From positions 15,905 to 47,904 of the forward strand of contig CAKUFG010000015.1 in NCBI GenBank assembly GCA_934647235.1: 32,000 bases of DNA, in the 5' to 3' direction. Numbering within the stretch: the first letter of the stretch is position 1; every line of letters begins with the position of its first letter. Of this stretch, positions 6,952 through 15,165 are shown piece by piece. This DNA is from an uncultured Clostridia bacterium (GTDB lineage Bacteria > Bacillota > Clostridia > Christensenellales > Aristaeellaceae). The translations under genes were made by a program, and so were the position numbers. Under the pieces are notes generated by a model. That model worked only from the letters and a program-made list of their open reading frames with translations. It made no database searches and was not told the DNA's origin.

Positions 6952-7897
6952 GCCAGGCGCTGGGAGACATGCCCGTGGCCGACTCAAAGATACGGTAAAA
7001 ATAGCTGCTGTTGCTGTAGCCCACCGCCGCGCAGATTTCCATCACGCTCAGGTCGGTTTCGCGCAGCATACGCTTGGCCTTTTCGATGCGCCGCTCCTGC
7101 AGCAGCGCGGTGCAGTTTTTGCCGGTAGCCTCCTTGAGCACCTTGCAAAGATAGGCGGAGGACACATGCTTGCGCCGGGCGAAATCGCGCAGCACAAAAT
7201 CGGCGTAGTTCTGGCGGATTTCCTGCAGCAGCTCGATGACCACCAGGTTTTCCTGATGCGCGGCGGCGGGCATACGCATGCACTCCGGCCGGCTGAGCAG
7301 GTGCAGAAACAGCAGCCCCATCTCAGTGCGGCGGATCTGCAGGCCGGCGGCCTTGGGCGCGATGAGCGAATGCACAATGCTTTGCAGCAGCCATTGGATC
7401 TCGCTGATCCCGGCCACGCGGAAGTGCAGGTAGGCCATGTCCTGCTCATAATTGCGCAGCGCGTCCAGCAGGAACCTGCCCAGCACGTTATGGGTGCCGA
7501 TCATATCGGGCACGAAATCCAGAAATTCCTGCTGGATGAGAAAGTTGACCGCGATGTCGTTTTCCCCGCACCGGGCGATGCTGTGCGCGCTGTGGCGGTT
7601 GATCAGCAGCAGCTCGCCCGCCTGCAGGCGCACCGTGCTGCCGTCGGGCATGCCGTGCAGCGTTTCGCCCTGCAGCATATACATCATTTCCACATAGTCG
7701 TGCCAGTGCATGGGAAAATCGGCAAAGCGCGTATGCGGCCGCAGCGAGATCATCTGCCGCGAGGGCACAAAGCGCTCGCCCTCCACGATGAAGGCGCTGC
7801 GGTCGGTATAGCGTCCCTGCGCCAGGGGCTCGCCGCGCAGCAGGCTTTCTTCCTCCTGCGTATGGGGCGCGAAAAAGCGAATCAGGCTGTCGTCCAT
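6920..7897 (-). CDS. AraC-family transcriptional regulator (cupin sensor + dual HTH), likely rhamnose-responsive
   Basis: 325 aa. The N-terminal half is cupin-like (HWHDYVEMMYMLQG...HS). The C-terminal half is an AraC-type HTH pair (SSAYLCKVLKEATGKNCTALLQERRIEKAKRMLRETDLSVMEICAAVGYSNSSYFYRIFESATGMSPSAWR). GAAAGGAG RBS. It sits directly upstream of rhaA-rhaD. Confidence 0.88.
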   Translation of the reverse strand: MDDSLIRFFAPHTQEEESLLRGEPLAQGRYTDRSAFIVEGERFVPSRQMISLRPHTRFADFPMHWHDYVEMMYMLQGETLHGMPDGSTVRLQAGELLLINRHSAHSIARCGENDIAVNFLIQQEFLDFVPDMIGTHNVLGRFLLDALRNYEQDMAYLHFRVAGISEIQWLLQSIVHSLIAPKAAGLQIRRTEMGLLFLHLLSRPECMRMPAAAHQENLVVIELLQEIRQNYADFVLRDFARRKHVSSAYLCKVLKEATGKNCTALLQERRIEKAKRMLRETDLSVMEICAAVGYSNSSYFYRIFESATGMSPSAWRVNSGCDERR

Positions 7898-7989
7898 GCG
7901 TGGGCTCCTTTCGGGGAGGGGGTGGGGAGAACGGGGGACGAGGGAGGGAACGGTACTTTCTTGGAGCCATAGCGCCGCCGCAGGCGGTG

Positions 7990-8064
7990 GTGAGGTGTAG
8001 GCTGCGAAGTAGCCGTTATCAAAACAATATAAGGATTACGCCGCTGCGGCGGCTACACCTCATC
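7990..8064. repeat. T hairpin, copy B (core forward)
   Basis: GTGAGGTGTAG (7990-8000) / CTACACCTCATC (8053-8064). The core GCTGCGAAGTAGCCGTTATC...ACGCCGCTGCGGCGG closely matches the reverse complement of the 4317-4368 core. Confidence 0.85.
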
Positions 8065-8135
8065 CGGCTCATTACATTCGCCACCTTCTCCTCAAGGAGA
8101 AGGCTTTTGGCGAGTACATTCAACCAGCTATTGCT

Positions 8136-8405
8136 AATCGCTGCGCAGGGGCTTCGCAGCTACTCGACTTGCCCCGGAGCACGCTGATCGCAGATCAGCG
8201 CGGGCGCGCGCAGCACGGCCATAGGGGAAATATTCAAGGGCACGGAGGGCGCTTGCGCCGATCCGGGCACGCGAATTTTCCATGCCCCGCAGAGACCCGC
8301 TTTCCCTCCCACTTTTATCACAGCCGCTTTTACGGCCACAACACAGGTTCTTTGGTACTTTCTTGACTCAAGAAAGTACCGTATTCCTTCGTTTTCTCCC
8401 CGTCC
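8136..8405 (+). repeat. S element copy B (partly degenerate or chimeric)
   Basis: Core 8172-8292: the 5' half is A/D/E-like (GCTGATC-gca-GATCAGC, GGGGAAATATTC...GAATTTTCC). The 3' strand of the outer stem and the extension are C2-like (TGCCCCGCAG, GCCG-cttta-CGGC type hairpin). The outer stem CGGAGCA/TGCCCCG has one mismatch. Palindrome GGTACTTTCTTGA-c-TCAAGAAAGTACC at 8354-8380. The C/T tail abuts the luxS stop. Confidence 0.7.
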
Positions 8406-8873
8406 TTACCCCGGATACTCCGTCCGCGCGTGCTCGGTCAGCTCGCGCAGATAGCGGGCGATGTAGAACTTGGCCATGTCCAGGTTCTGCTCCTGATAGT
8501 TGCCGCATTCCTCGGGGCGCGCGCCGGGGATATCGCCCGAAAAGCCCAGGATGAAACGGCACATGTCGATCACCAGCGGCAGCGCTTCCTGCGCGCTGAC
8601 GTCGCCGAAAAGAATCAGATAAAAGCCTGTGCGGCAGCCCATGGGGCCAAAATAAACAATCCGATCCCTTTGCGCGCCCGAGCGCAGAAAGGTTGCCCCC
8701 AGGTGCTCGATAGTGTGAAGGGCCGGGGTATCCATCACCGGCTCGCGGTTGGGCGCGGTCAGGCGCAGATCAAAGGTGGTTACGCGCCCCTCCCCCTGCC
8801 CGTCGCGGCGCGATACGTATACGCCGGGCAGCAGACGGGTGTGATCAATGGTGAAGCTGGCGATCTTTTCCAT
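8406..8873 (-). CDS. luxS: S-ribosylhomocysteine lyase (AI-2 synthase)
   Basis: 155 aa with the HTIEHL metal-binding motif and GPMGCRTGFY. The ATG lies 1 nt after the stop of the upstream aldolase gene, and its GGAGG RBS is inside that gene's last codons. Confidence 0.92.
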   Translation of the reverse strand: MEKIASFTIDHTRLLPGVYVSRRDGQGEGRVTTFDLRLTAPNREPVMDTPALHTIEHLGATFLRSGAQRDRIVYFGPMGCRTGFYLILFGDVSAQEALPLVIDMCRFILGFSGDIPGARPEECGNYQEQNLDMAKFYIARYLRELTEHARTEYPG

Positions 8874-8874
8874 C

Positions 8875-9660
8875 TTATTTGTCCTCCAGATGGAAGGCCG
8901 CGCGCATGTTGGCCAGGTTGGCCTGCGCGCCAGCCATGATGTATTTCACATCGTAGCCCGAGGACAGCATGCGTACCCCGCGGTCATACCAGGAGCGCAT
9001 GGTCTTTTCATCCGCCAGGCCCAGCGATACGCCCGCCACCTTGCCCGCAGCGTTGATTTTTGCGATGGCCTCGTCAATCACCGCGCGCACCTCGGGATCG
9101 TTGGTCTGCCCCAGCTTGCCCATGGAGCCGGACAGATCGTTGGGCCCAAAGATGAATGCGTCGATCGCGTCGATGGTCAGAATCCTGTCCAGCTCGCGGA
9201 TGGCGCCCATTTCCTCAATCTGGATAAAGCGCAGCAGGGTATCGTCCACCGTGGCGCGGTAATCCGCCCCGTTGATGGTGCCAAAGCGATAGGCGCGCCA
9301 GGGGCCGTAGCCGCGCACCCCGCGCGGGGGATACATGCACGCCTCCATGGCGCGCGCCGCATCATCATAGCCGCGGATCATGGGAAAAATAATGCCGTCC
9401 GCGCCCGCGTCCAGCACGGGCTTGGCCAGGATGGGATCGTTGGCCGGGATGCGCACGATGGCGTTAATTCCGGACGCGCGCGCGGCGATCAGCTGACCCA
9501 GCAGCCGCTCGGTATTGATGACCGAGTGCTCCATATCAATCCACAGATAATCATAGGGCAGATACCCCATCATTTCGGCAACAACAGCCTCGTTGAGGGA
9601 TACATGGGTGCCAATGCACATTTCATGGCGGCGCAGCTTGGCTTTCATATCGGTTTTCAT
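8875..9660 (-). CDS. HpcH/HpaI-family aldolase (2-keto-3-deoxy-sugar-acid aldolase type)
   Basis: 261 aa. DYLWIDMEH, VRIP, GIIFPMI, PPRGVRGYGP, IQIE and IFGPNDLS are typical of the HpcH/HpaI/RhmA class II aldolase family. AAAGGAGAA RBS. Confidence 0.85.
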   Translation of the reverse strand: MKTDMKAKLRRHEMCIGTHVSLNEAVVAEMMGYLPYDYLWIDMEHSVINTERLLGQLIAARASGINAIVRIPANDPILAKPVLDAGADGIIFPMIRGYDDAARAMEACMYPPRGVRGYGPWRAYRFGTINGADYRATVDDTLLRFIQIEEMGAIRELDRILTIDAIDAFIFGPNDLSGSMGKLGQTNDPEVRAVIDEAIAKINAAGKVAGVSLGLADEKTMRSWYDRGVRMLSSGYDVKYIMAGAQANLANMRAAFHLEDK

Positions 9661-9704
9661 GGCGCGGTTCTCCTTTGGTATATTCAGACAGAATGATCAA
9701 CTGC

Positions 9705-9732
9705 ATTATATCACAGCGCCGGACGTTGTCAA
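9705..9732 (-). promoter_or_regulatory. Sigma-70-type promoter for the aldolase-luxS operon
   Basis: Minus strand reads TTGACA (9732-9727), 16 nt, TGaTATAAT (extended -10; TATAAT = 9710-9705). It is about 45 nt upstream of the ATG at 9660. Confidence 0.7.
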
Positions 9733-9746
9733 GAAAGCAGGTAAAC

Positions 9747-9805
9747 TCAGGTTGCGGCGCGCGGCAACCCGCGTCCTTGCGGGAAAAGAAAAAACCTGCT
9801 ATGCT
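9747..9805 (+). promoter_or_regulatory. Promoter region of the BNR gene with bipartite motif (site 3)
   Basis: TCAGGTTGCG (9747-9756), 15 nt, CGTCCTT (9772-9778). The second half overlaps a weak -35 TTGCGG (9777-9782), followed by 17 nt and TATGCT (9800-9805). The spacer holds the inverted repeat GGTTGC-N8-GCAACC. Confidence 0.45.
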
Positions 9806-9853
9806 GATGATCTGGCATGAATGCATATGATTTTTTACATAACGGAGGGTCTT

Positions 9854-10936
9854 ATGCGCTTCGCAGACTATGATATCACCCCCTCGCCCCTGCCCAACGA
9901 CGGGCTGATGTTTGCCGATCTGGTTGCCAAAGGTCGCAGCGGGCACCTGGGGCACGCGCTGGTGGAGTACGCGCCGGGGTGCGTGCTGGCCTTTTATTCC
10001 AATTGCTCGGGCGTGCGCAACGACGGCCATAACGGCTTTGGCTGGATGGAATACCGCCGATCCCTGGACGCGGGCCGGACCTGGGATGCTCCCCGCCCGC
10101 TGCCCTTCTCGGTGGATACCTTTCTGGACGGGCTGTATACCGTCAGCTGCGAAAAGGCCGCCTGCGCGCCGGGCGGCACGATTGTGCTGTTCGCCACCAT
10201 GAACGACAGCCGGGGCAAGTATTGGGGCCCATGGGTGGAGCCGCGCTGGCTGGTCAGCCGCGACGGCGGCGACAGCTTTGCCGTGGCCGGGCAGTTTCCC
10301 TTCAAGGGGCGCATTTTTGACTGCGCCTGCCGCGACGGCGCGATCTACGCGCTGGAATTCTGCAACGACGGCGTGAACGGCGACGAGGGCTGCCTGCCCG
10401 AGCATGTGTACCGGCTGTATCGCAGCGCGGACTGCGGGCGCAGCTTTGAGGAAGTGAGCGTGCTGCCCTTTGATACCCATGAAAAGGTGTACGGTACCAT
10501 GGATTTTGCCCCGGACGGCGCGCTGATCGTATACATCTACGATAAGCTGGACGAAGGCCATCCGCCCTATACCATCAGCCGCGACGGCGGCAAAACCTGG
10601 TGCGCGCCCCGGCGGGCAGCGCTGGAAAAGCGCATCCGCAACCCGCAGCTGCGCTTTTACGATGGGTGGTTTCTGATGTACGGCCGCTCGGGCCACTATA
10701 CCCCGCCGCAGAACTTTGTGCTCTATACCTCGCCCGACGGCGAAAACTGGGATGAGGGAACCTATATCTGCGAGCGCAAGGCGGGCAATTGCTTTTATTC
10801 CAACAGCGTGATCGTGCATACGCCCCAGGGCGGCACGCGGCTGCTGCTTCAGGCCTCGGACGCGCTGTGGAAGCACCGCGCCAACGTAAAGCACTGGTGG
10901 CTGGAAAACCTGCGCCCGCACGAGGCGCGCGAATAA
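9854..10936 (+). CDS. BNR/Asp-box repeat protein, sialidase-like beta-propeller glycosidase (no signal peptide)
   Basis: Five Asp-box-like motifs: SLDAGRTW, SRDGGDSF, SADCGRSF, SRDGGKTW, SPDGENW. I moved the start from 9821 to the ATG at 9854, which has a GGAGGG RBS 5-6 nt upstream. No N-terminal hydrophobic signal. Confidence 0.8.
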   Translation: MRFADYDITPSPLPNDGLMFADLVAKGRSGHLGHALVEYAPGCVLAFYSNCSGVRNDGHNGFGWMEYRRSLDAGRTWDAPRPLPFSVDTFLDGLYTVSCEKAACAPGGTIVLFATMNDSRGKYWGPWVEPRWLVSRDGGDSFAVAGQFPFKGRIFDCACRDGAIYALEFCNDGVNGDEGCLPEHVYRLYRSADCGRSFEEVSVLPFDTHEKVYGTMDFAPDGALIVYIYDKLDEGHPPYTISRDGGKTWCAPRRAALEKRIRNPQLRFYDGWFLMYGRSGHYTPPQNFVLYTSPDGENWDEGTYICERKAGNCFYSNSVIVHTPQGGTRLLLQASDALWKHRANVKHWWLENLRPHEARE

Positions 10937-10979
10937 GCGCTGCCCTGCTGTCGCATCTGGCACATAAAAGGACAGGTCC

Positions 10980-11046
10980 GGGTTAATTCAGGTTGCGGGA
11001 AAACGCAATGTGCGTCCTTTTGCCCGGTCGCTCCATTCAGTATAAT
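10980..11046 (+). promoter_or_regulatory. Promoter region of the ABC importer with bipartite motif (site 2)
   Basis: GGGTTAATTCAGGTTGCG (10980-10997), 15 nt, CGTCCTTT (11013-11020). The second half overlaps TTTTGC (11018-11023), followed by 17 nt and TATAAT (11041-11046). The spacer holds TTGCG-N6-CGCAA. Confidence 0.55.
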
Positions 11047-11145
11047 GAGTATGATATCGATACCGTGCCTTTTGAACATCGCATAACGCATCATTTGTTG
11101 TATCTGCGTAAATTCACCCCTGGAAAAACGAAAGGAGGAGTTTCC

Positions 11146-12087
11146 GTGCAGACGGATACGCCCCGCGTAATCAGGCCCCGCCGCAAATCTCCGCTGGTGC
11201 GGCTGGCGCAGTCCTGGCAATTGTACGTGCTGCTGCTGCCCGCCGTGGCCTATCTGATTATCTTCCATTATATTCCCCTGTACGGCGTGCAGATCGCCTT
11301 CCGCGATTATCGCCCGCGCAACGGCTTTCTGGGCTCCACATGGGTGGGGCTGAAGCACTTCAGGTACTTCCTCAATTCCCCCCAGTTTCCGCAGCTGATG
11401 CGCAACACCGTGCTGCTGAGCCTGTATTCGCTGGTTTTCACCTTCCCTTTGCCCATCCTGCTGGCGCTGCTGCTCAACGAGTGCGGCAGCGTTGGCTATA
11501 AAAAGTTTGTGCAGAACGTCACCTATGCCCCGCACTTTATCTCCACCGTGGTGCTGTGCGGCATGGTCATCGCCTTCACCGCGCCCGATACGGGCATCAT
11601 CAACAGCCTGGTGGTGCTGCTGGGCGGCAAAAGCGTGGATTATATGACGCAGGAAAGCTCCTGGCGCGCCATCTATGTGATCTCCGACATCTGGAAAAAC
11701 ACCGGCTGGTCGTCCATCATCTACCTGGCCGCGCTGTCGGGCATCGATCCGCAGCTGCACGAATCGGCGCAGATTGACGGCGCAAGCCGCCTGCAGCGCG
11801 TGTGGCACATTAACCTCCCCGGCATCCGGCAGACCATCATCCTGCTGTTCATCCTGGATTGCGGCAAGATCATGAGCGTGGGCTTTGAGAAGGCGTATCT
11901 GCTCCAGAACGCGCTCAACCTGCCGGTATCGGAGATCATCTCCACCTATGTGTACAAAACCGGCGTGCAGGGCGCCAAGTTCTCCTACACCACGGCCATC
12001 GGCCTGTTCAACTCGCTGGTCAACGTGATGATGCTGCTGATTGTCAACCGCATCTCCCGCGCGCTGAGCGATACCAGCCTGTTCTGA
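11146..12087 (+). CDS. Carbohydrate ABC transporter permease (LplB/YtcP-like)
   Basis: Multi-TM protein with the EAA loop SAQIDGASRLQRVWHINLPGIRQTI. I chose the GTG at 11146, 6 nt after AAAGGAGGAG, rather than the track start 10993, whose N-terminal extension is non-membrane junk. Confidence 0.85.
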   Translation: MQTDTPRVIRPRRKSPLVRLAQSWQLYVLLLPAVAYLIIFHYIPLYGVQIAFRDYRPRNGFLGSTWVGLKHFRYFLNSPQFPQLMRNTVLLSLYSLVFTFPLPILLALLLNECGSVGYKKFVQNVTYAPHFISTVVLCGMVIAFTAPDTGIINSLVVLLGGKSVDYMTQESSWRAIYVISDIWKNTGWSSIIYLAALSGIDPQLHESAQIDGASRLQRVWHINLPGIRQTIILLFILDCGKIMSVGFEKAYLLQNALNLPVSEIISTYVYKTGVQGAKFSYTTAIGLFNSLVNVMMLLIVNRISRALSDTSLF

Positions 12088-12102
12088 GAAGGGGGGAGGA
12101 CA

Positions 12103-13026
12103 ATGAGCATTTCCTCGCGCAGGGCGAAGGGCACGCGCATCCGCGACAGCCGCGGCGACCGCGTGTTCACCGTCGTCAATTATATCATCCTCACCCTGTT
12201 TGGCCTGGCGGCGCTGTATCCGCTGATCTACGTGCTTTCCGCCTCCATCAGCGAGCCTCTAGCCGTCAACAGCGGCCGGATGAAGCTGTGGCCTGTGGGC
12301 TTCAACATCGAGGGTTACAAGTCCATCCTGTCCAACAAATGGATCCTGACCGGCTACGGCAACTCGCTGTTCTACACCGTGGTGGGCACGTTCCTGAACG
12401 TGCTGGTCACCTTCATGGCCAGCTATTCGCTTTCCCGCAAGGATATGTACGGCCACGGGCTGATCACCTTCTTTATGGTGTTCACCATGTGGTTTGGCGG
12501 CGGTCTGATCCCCACCTTCCTGGTGGTCAAAAAGCTGGGCCTGGTCAACACCCGCATGGTATTGCTGCTGCTGGGCCTGGTGTCGGTGTATAACTGTATC
12601 ATCTGCCGCTCCTTCATTTCCTCCTCCATTCCCTATGAATTGCAGGAGGCCGCGCGCATCGACGGCTGCAACGATTTCCAGATCGTCTGGCGCATCATCT
12701 TCCCCCTGTCCGGCCCCGTGCTGGCCATCCTGGCGCTGTACTACGCCCTGGGGCACTGGAACGGCTACTTCAACGCCCTGATGTACATTGAGGACCGCAG
12801 CCTGCAGCCGCTGCAGATCTTCCTGCGCGAGATCCTGGTGCTCAACCAGAAGATCGACATGAACGCCGATATCGAGGAGCTGGAGGCCATGGTGGCGCGC
12901 GTGCAGATGGCCCAGACGATGAAATATTCCCTGATCGTGGTAGCGTCCGTGCCCATGCTGATCATCTATCCCTTCGTGCAGAAGTTCTTCGTCAAGGGCG
13001 TAATGATCGGCTCGGTCAAGGGCTGA
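12103..13026 (+). CDS. Carbohydrate ABC transporter permease (LplC-like)
   Basis: 307 aa with six predicted TM stretches and the EAA loop EAARIDGCNDFQIVWRIIFPLSGPVL. GGGGGAGG RBS. Confidence 0.88.
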   Translation: MSISSRRAKGTRIRDSRGDRVFTVVNYIILTLFGLAALYPLIYVLSASISEPLAVNSGRMKLWPVGFNIEGYKSILSNKWILTGYGNSLFYTVVGTFLNVLVTFMASYSLSRKDMYGHGLITFFMVFTMWFGGGLIPTFLVVKKLGLVNTRMVLLLLGLVSVYNCIICRSFISSSIPYELQEAARIDGCNDFQIVWRIIFPLSGPVLAILALYYALGHWNGYFNALMYIEDRSLQPLQIFLREILVLNQKIDMNADIEELEAMVARVQMAQTMKYSLIVVASVPMLIIYPFVQKFFVKGVMIGSVKG

Positions 13027-13077
13027 GGCAAAACATTCGGGGCAAGTCCCCTGAATAAAAACAAGGAGGTTTCACCC

Positions 13078-14691
13078 ATGAAAAGACTACTAGCTTTGCT
13101 TCTGGCGGCAATCCTCACGCTGTCCTGCTGCTCCGTCGTGCTGGCGGAGGAAGCGGCGGCGCAGGACGTCGTCACGGTTGAACTGGCGCTGGCCGCCAAG
13201 GTCGATCACGGCGACTGGAACGATTTCTGGTGCCTGGATCTGATTGAAAAGGAATGCGGCATCCGCTTCCATGTTACCCAGTACAGCGAGGACGCCTGGG
13301 CCGAAAAGAAGGGCACCATGTTCGCGCTGGATACCTATCCCGAAGTGTTCCTCAACGACCTGAACGATATCGATCTGGCCAACTATGGCGCGCAGGGCTA
13401 CCTGCTGCCGCTGGAGGATTACATCACCCCCGAAAACATGCCCAACGTGTTCAAGGTGATGGAAGAAGGCTATCCGGATATCCTCAAGGGCATGACCTTC
13501 CCTGACGGCCACATCTACTCCTTCCGCGGCGTAAACGGCTCCACCCGTGAGTACGCGCTGTCCCGCTACTTCGTCAACGTCTCCTGGGCCGAAAAGCTGA
13601 ACGTGAAGGTTCCCGAAACCCTGGAAGAGTTCTATACCTATCTGTGCGCCGTGCGCGACGGCGACCCGAACGGCAACGGCGATACCACCGACGAGTTCCC
13701 CATCAGCGGCCGCTACGGCAAGGATAGCTATACCGACCACTTCATCCCGATTCTGGTGGCCTTCGGCTTCCTGGATCGCCGCGTGCAGGCCAACGACGAC
13801 GGCGCCGTCATGTACGTGCCCGTGCAGGAAAACTATAAGGAATTCCTCAAGTACATGAACCGCCTGTGGTCCGAAAACCTGATCGACCCCGGCTACTTCA
13901 GCCAGACCAAGGAGCAGTTCAACGCCAAGGAAGCCTCCGGCCTGATCGGCTCCTTCACCAACCACGCGCAGTGGATGAACAACTCCGACCCCGAATTCTA
14001 CCTGCAGTATGAATCCGTGGACCCCTACACCAGCGAGTTCAACAGCGTCAAGATGTGGCCCGCCAAGGACGCCATCTTCTACGGCGGCCTGACCATCACC
14101 GATAAGCTGGCCGACAAGCCCGAGGTTATCGAGCGTCTGATCAAGTTCTGCGATTGGTGCTACTCCGATTACGGCACCGAGATGCTGTGGCGCGGCCCCA
14201 TGCTGGGCACCAACGAGGAATGGCCCAACACCGGCTGGTACTTCGTGCCCTTCTCCCTGGACAACCTGGATTACCTGGTGCGCAAGTATCTGTATCCTAC
14301 CGATCTGTATAAGAGCAACGGCGCTTTCCAGACCGATAAGATCAAGCCCGGCAACAACTACTGGCCCTATGCCACCATCGCCTCCCGCGATGACAACGCC
14401 AACCCCACCAGCACCAGCTATAACCTGACCCAGAACATCGTTACCCACATGGCGCCCTACTACAAGGTCGGCTTCCCCGCCACCCTCAAGTACACCCCCG
14501 AAGAGGCCGAGGAGCTGAGCCTGCTGGAGCTGGATCTGGATACCTACATCGCCACCATGGAATCCAAGATGATCCGCGGCGACCTGAAGATCGACGAAAC
14601 CTGGGACGAGTTCGTCAAGGGCTGCGAAAGCCGCAACCTGGGCCGCTACCTGGAAATCGTCCAGGCTGCCTACGACCGCTACGCCAAATAA
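13078..14691 (+). CDS. Extracellular solute-binding lipoprotein (LplA-like, large family-1 SBP)
   Basis: 537 aa. Lipoprotein-type signal MKRLLALLLAAILTLSCC. AAGGAGG RBS. The size and position after two LplB/C-type permeases, with no ATPase gene, are typical of LplABC loci. Confidence 0.85.
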   Translation: MKRLLALLLAAILTLSCCSVVLAEEAAAQDVVTVELALAAKVDHGDWNDFWCLDLIEKECGIRFHVTQYSEDAWAEKKGTMFALDTYPEVFLNDLNDIDLANYGAQGYLLPLEDYITPENMPNVFKVMEEGYPDILKGMTFPDGHIYSFRGVNGSTREYALSRYFVNVSWAEKLNVKVPETLEEFYTYLCAVRDGDPNGNGDTTDEFPISGRYGKDSYTDHFIPILVAFGFLDRRVQANDDGAVMYVPVQENYKEFLKYMNRLWSENLIDPGYFSQTKEQFNAKEASGLIGSFTNHAQWMNNSDPEFYLQYESVDPYTSEFNSVKMWPAKDAIFYGGLTITDKLADKPEVIERLIKFCDWCYSDYGTEMLWRGPMLGTNEEWPNTGWYFVPFSLDNLDYLVRKYLYPTDLYKSNGAFQTDKIKPGNNYWPYATIASRDDNANPTSTSYNLTQNIVTHMAPYYKVGFPATLKYTPEEAEELSLLELDLDTYIATMESKMIRGDLKIDETWDEFVKGCESRNLGRYLEIVQAAYDRYAK

Positions 14692-14711
14692 TCAAACCCA
14701 ATATCACGCAC

Positions 14712-14745
14712 GCGCCGGGAGAAATTCTCCCGGCGCCTTTGTTTT
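14712..14745 (+). terminator. Intrinsic terminator after the SBP gene
   Basis: GCGCCGGGAGAA-a-TTCTCCCGGCGC perfect stem followed by CTTTGTTTT. Confidence 0.8.
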
Positions 14746-14826
14746 GGGTTGCTTCATTCGGGCCCGATTCTGCCTTTTTTACACCGAATGGCCTCTCCTT
14801 GAGGAGCGGCCCCGCCGCAGGCGGTG

Positions 14827-14885
14827 GTGAGGGGGCTTGTTGGCGAAAATGCAAGCCACATCTCATGCTGCATTCTCCCTCATCC
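14827..14885. repeat. G hairpin copy in island C
   Basis: GTGAGGGGGCTTGTT...CCCTCATCC, preceded by CCGCC-gca-GGCGG. The left part GAGGGGGCTTGTT matches 4113-4125. Confidence 0.75.
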
Positions 14886-14952
14886 GTCTCCCTTCTGGGA
14901 GAAGGCTTTTATAGACGTGCGATTTTCAAGAAGCTTAGTCGCCTTATCAAGC

Positions 14953-15113
14953 AATCGCAAGTAGATGCGAATAATAAACGCATCCAACCACGTCCCCGTG
15001 GCACGCCGATGAAACCAGCGCGGACTGGCGAAGCCAGGCCATAGGAAAAATATTCAAGTGGACGGATGGCGCTTGCGCCGATCCGGACACGCAGAATTTT
15101 CCCTGCCACGGGA
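14953..15113 (+). repeat. S element copy C1 (core only, no 3' extension)
   Basis: Core 14994-15112: CCCCGTGGCA/TGCCACGGG outer stem, CTGGC-gaa-GCCAG hairpin, GGAAAAATATTC...GAATTTTCCC, CGGATgGCGC-tt-GCGCcGATCCG. The first hairpin is degenerate. Confidence 0.7.
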
Positions 15114-15165
15114 TAGCATAAAACGCCGACTTGCTATTCGCTCAACACCTTGAAAGCTTTTCACC

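Larger units (their letters stand above)
7905..8405. repeat. Mosaic hairpin-repeat island B (inverted tail segment, T, gamma, S)
   Basis: 7913-7987 is the reverse complement of the tail segment seen at 18085-18140 (CCGCC-tgc-GGCGG CGCTATGG CTCCAAGAAAG.A.CG plus C-rich tract). It is followed by a T hairpin, a gamma module (CCTCATCC...CCTTCTCC-tcaa-GGAGAAGG-CTTTTGG) and S copy B. Confidence 0.85.
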
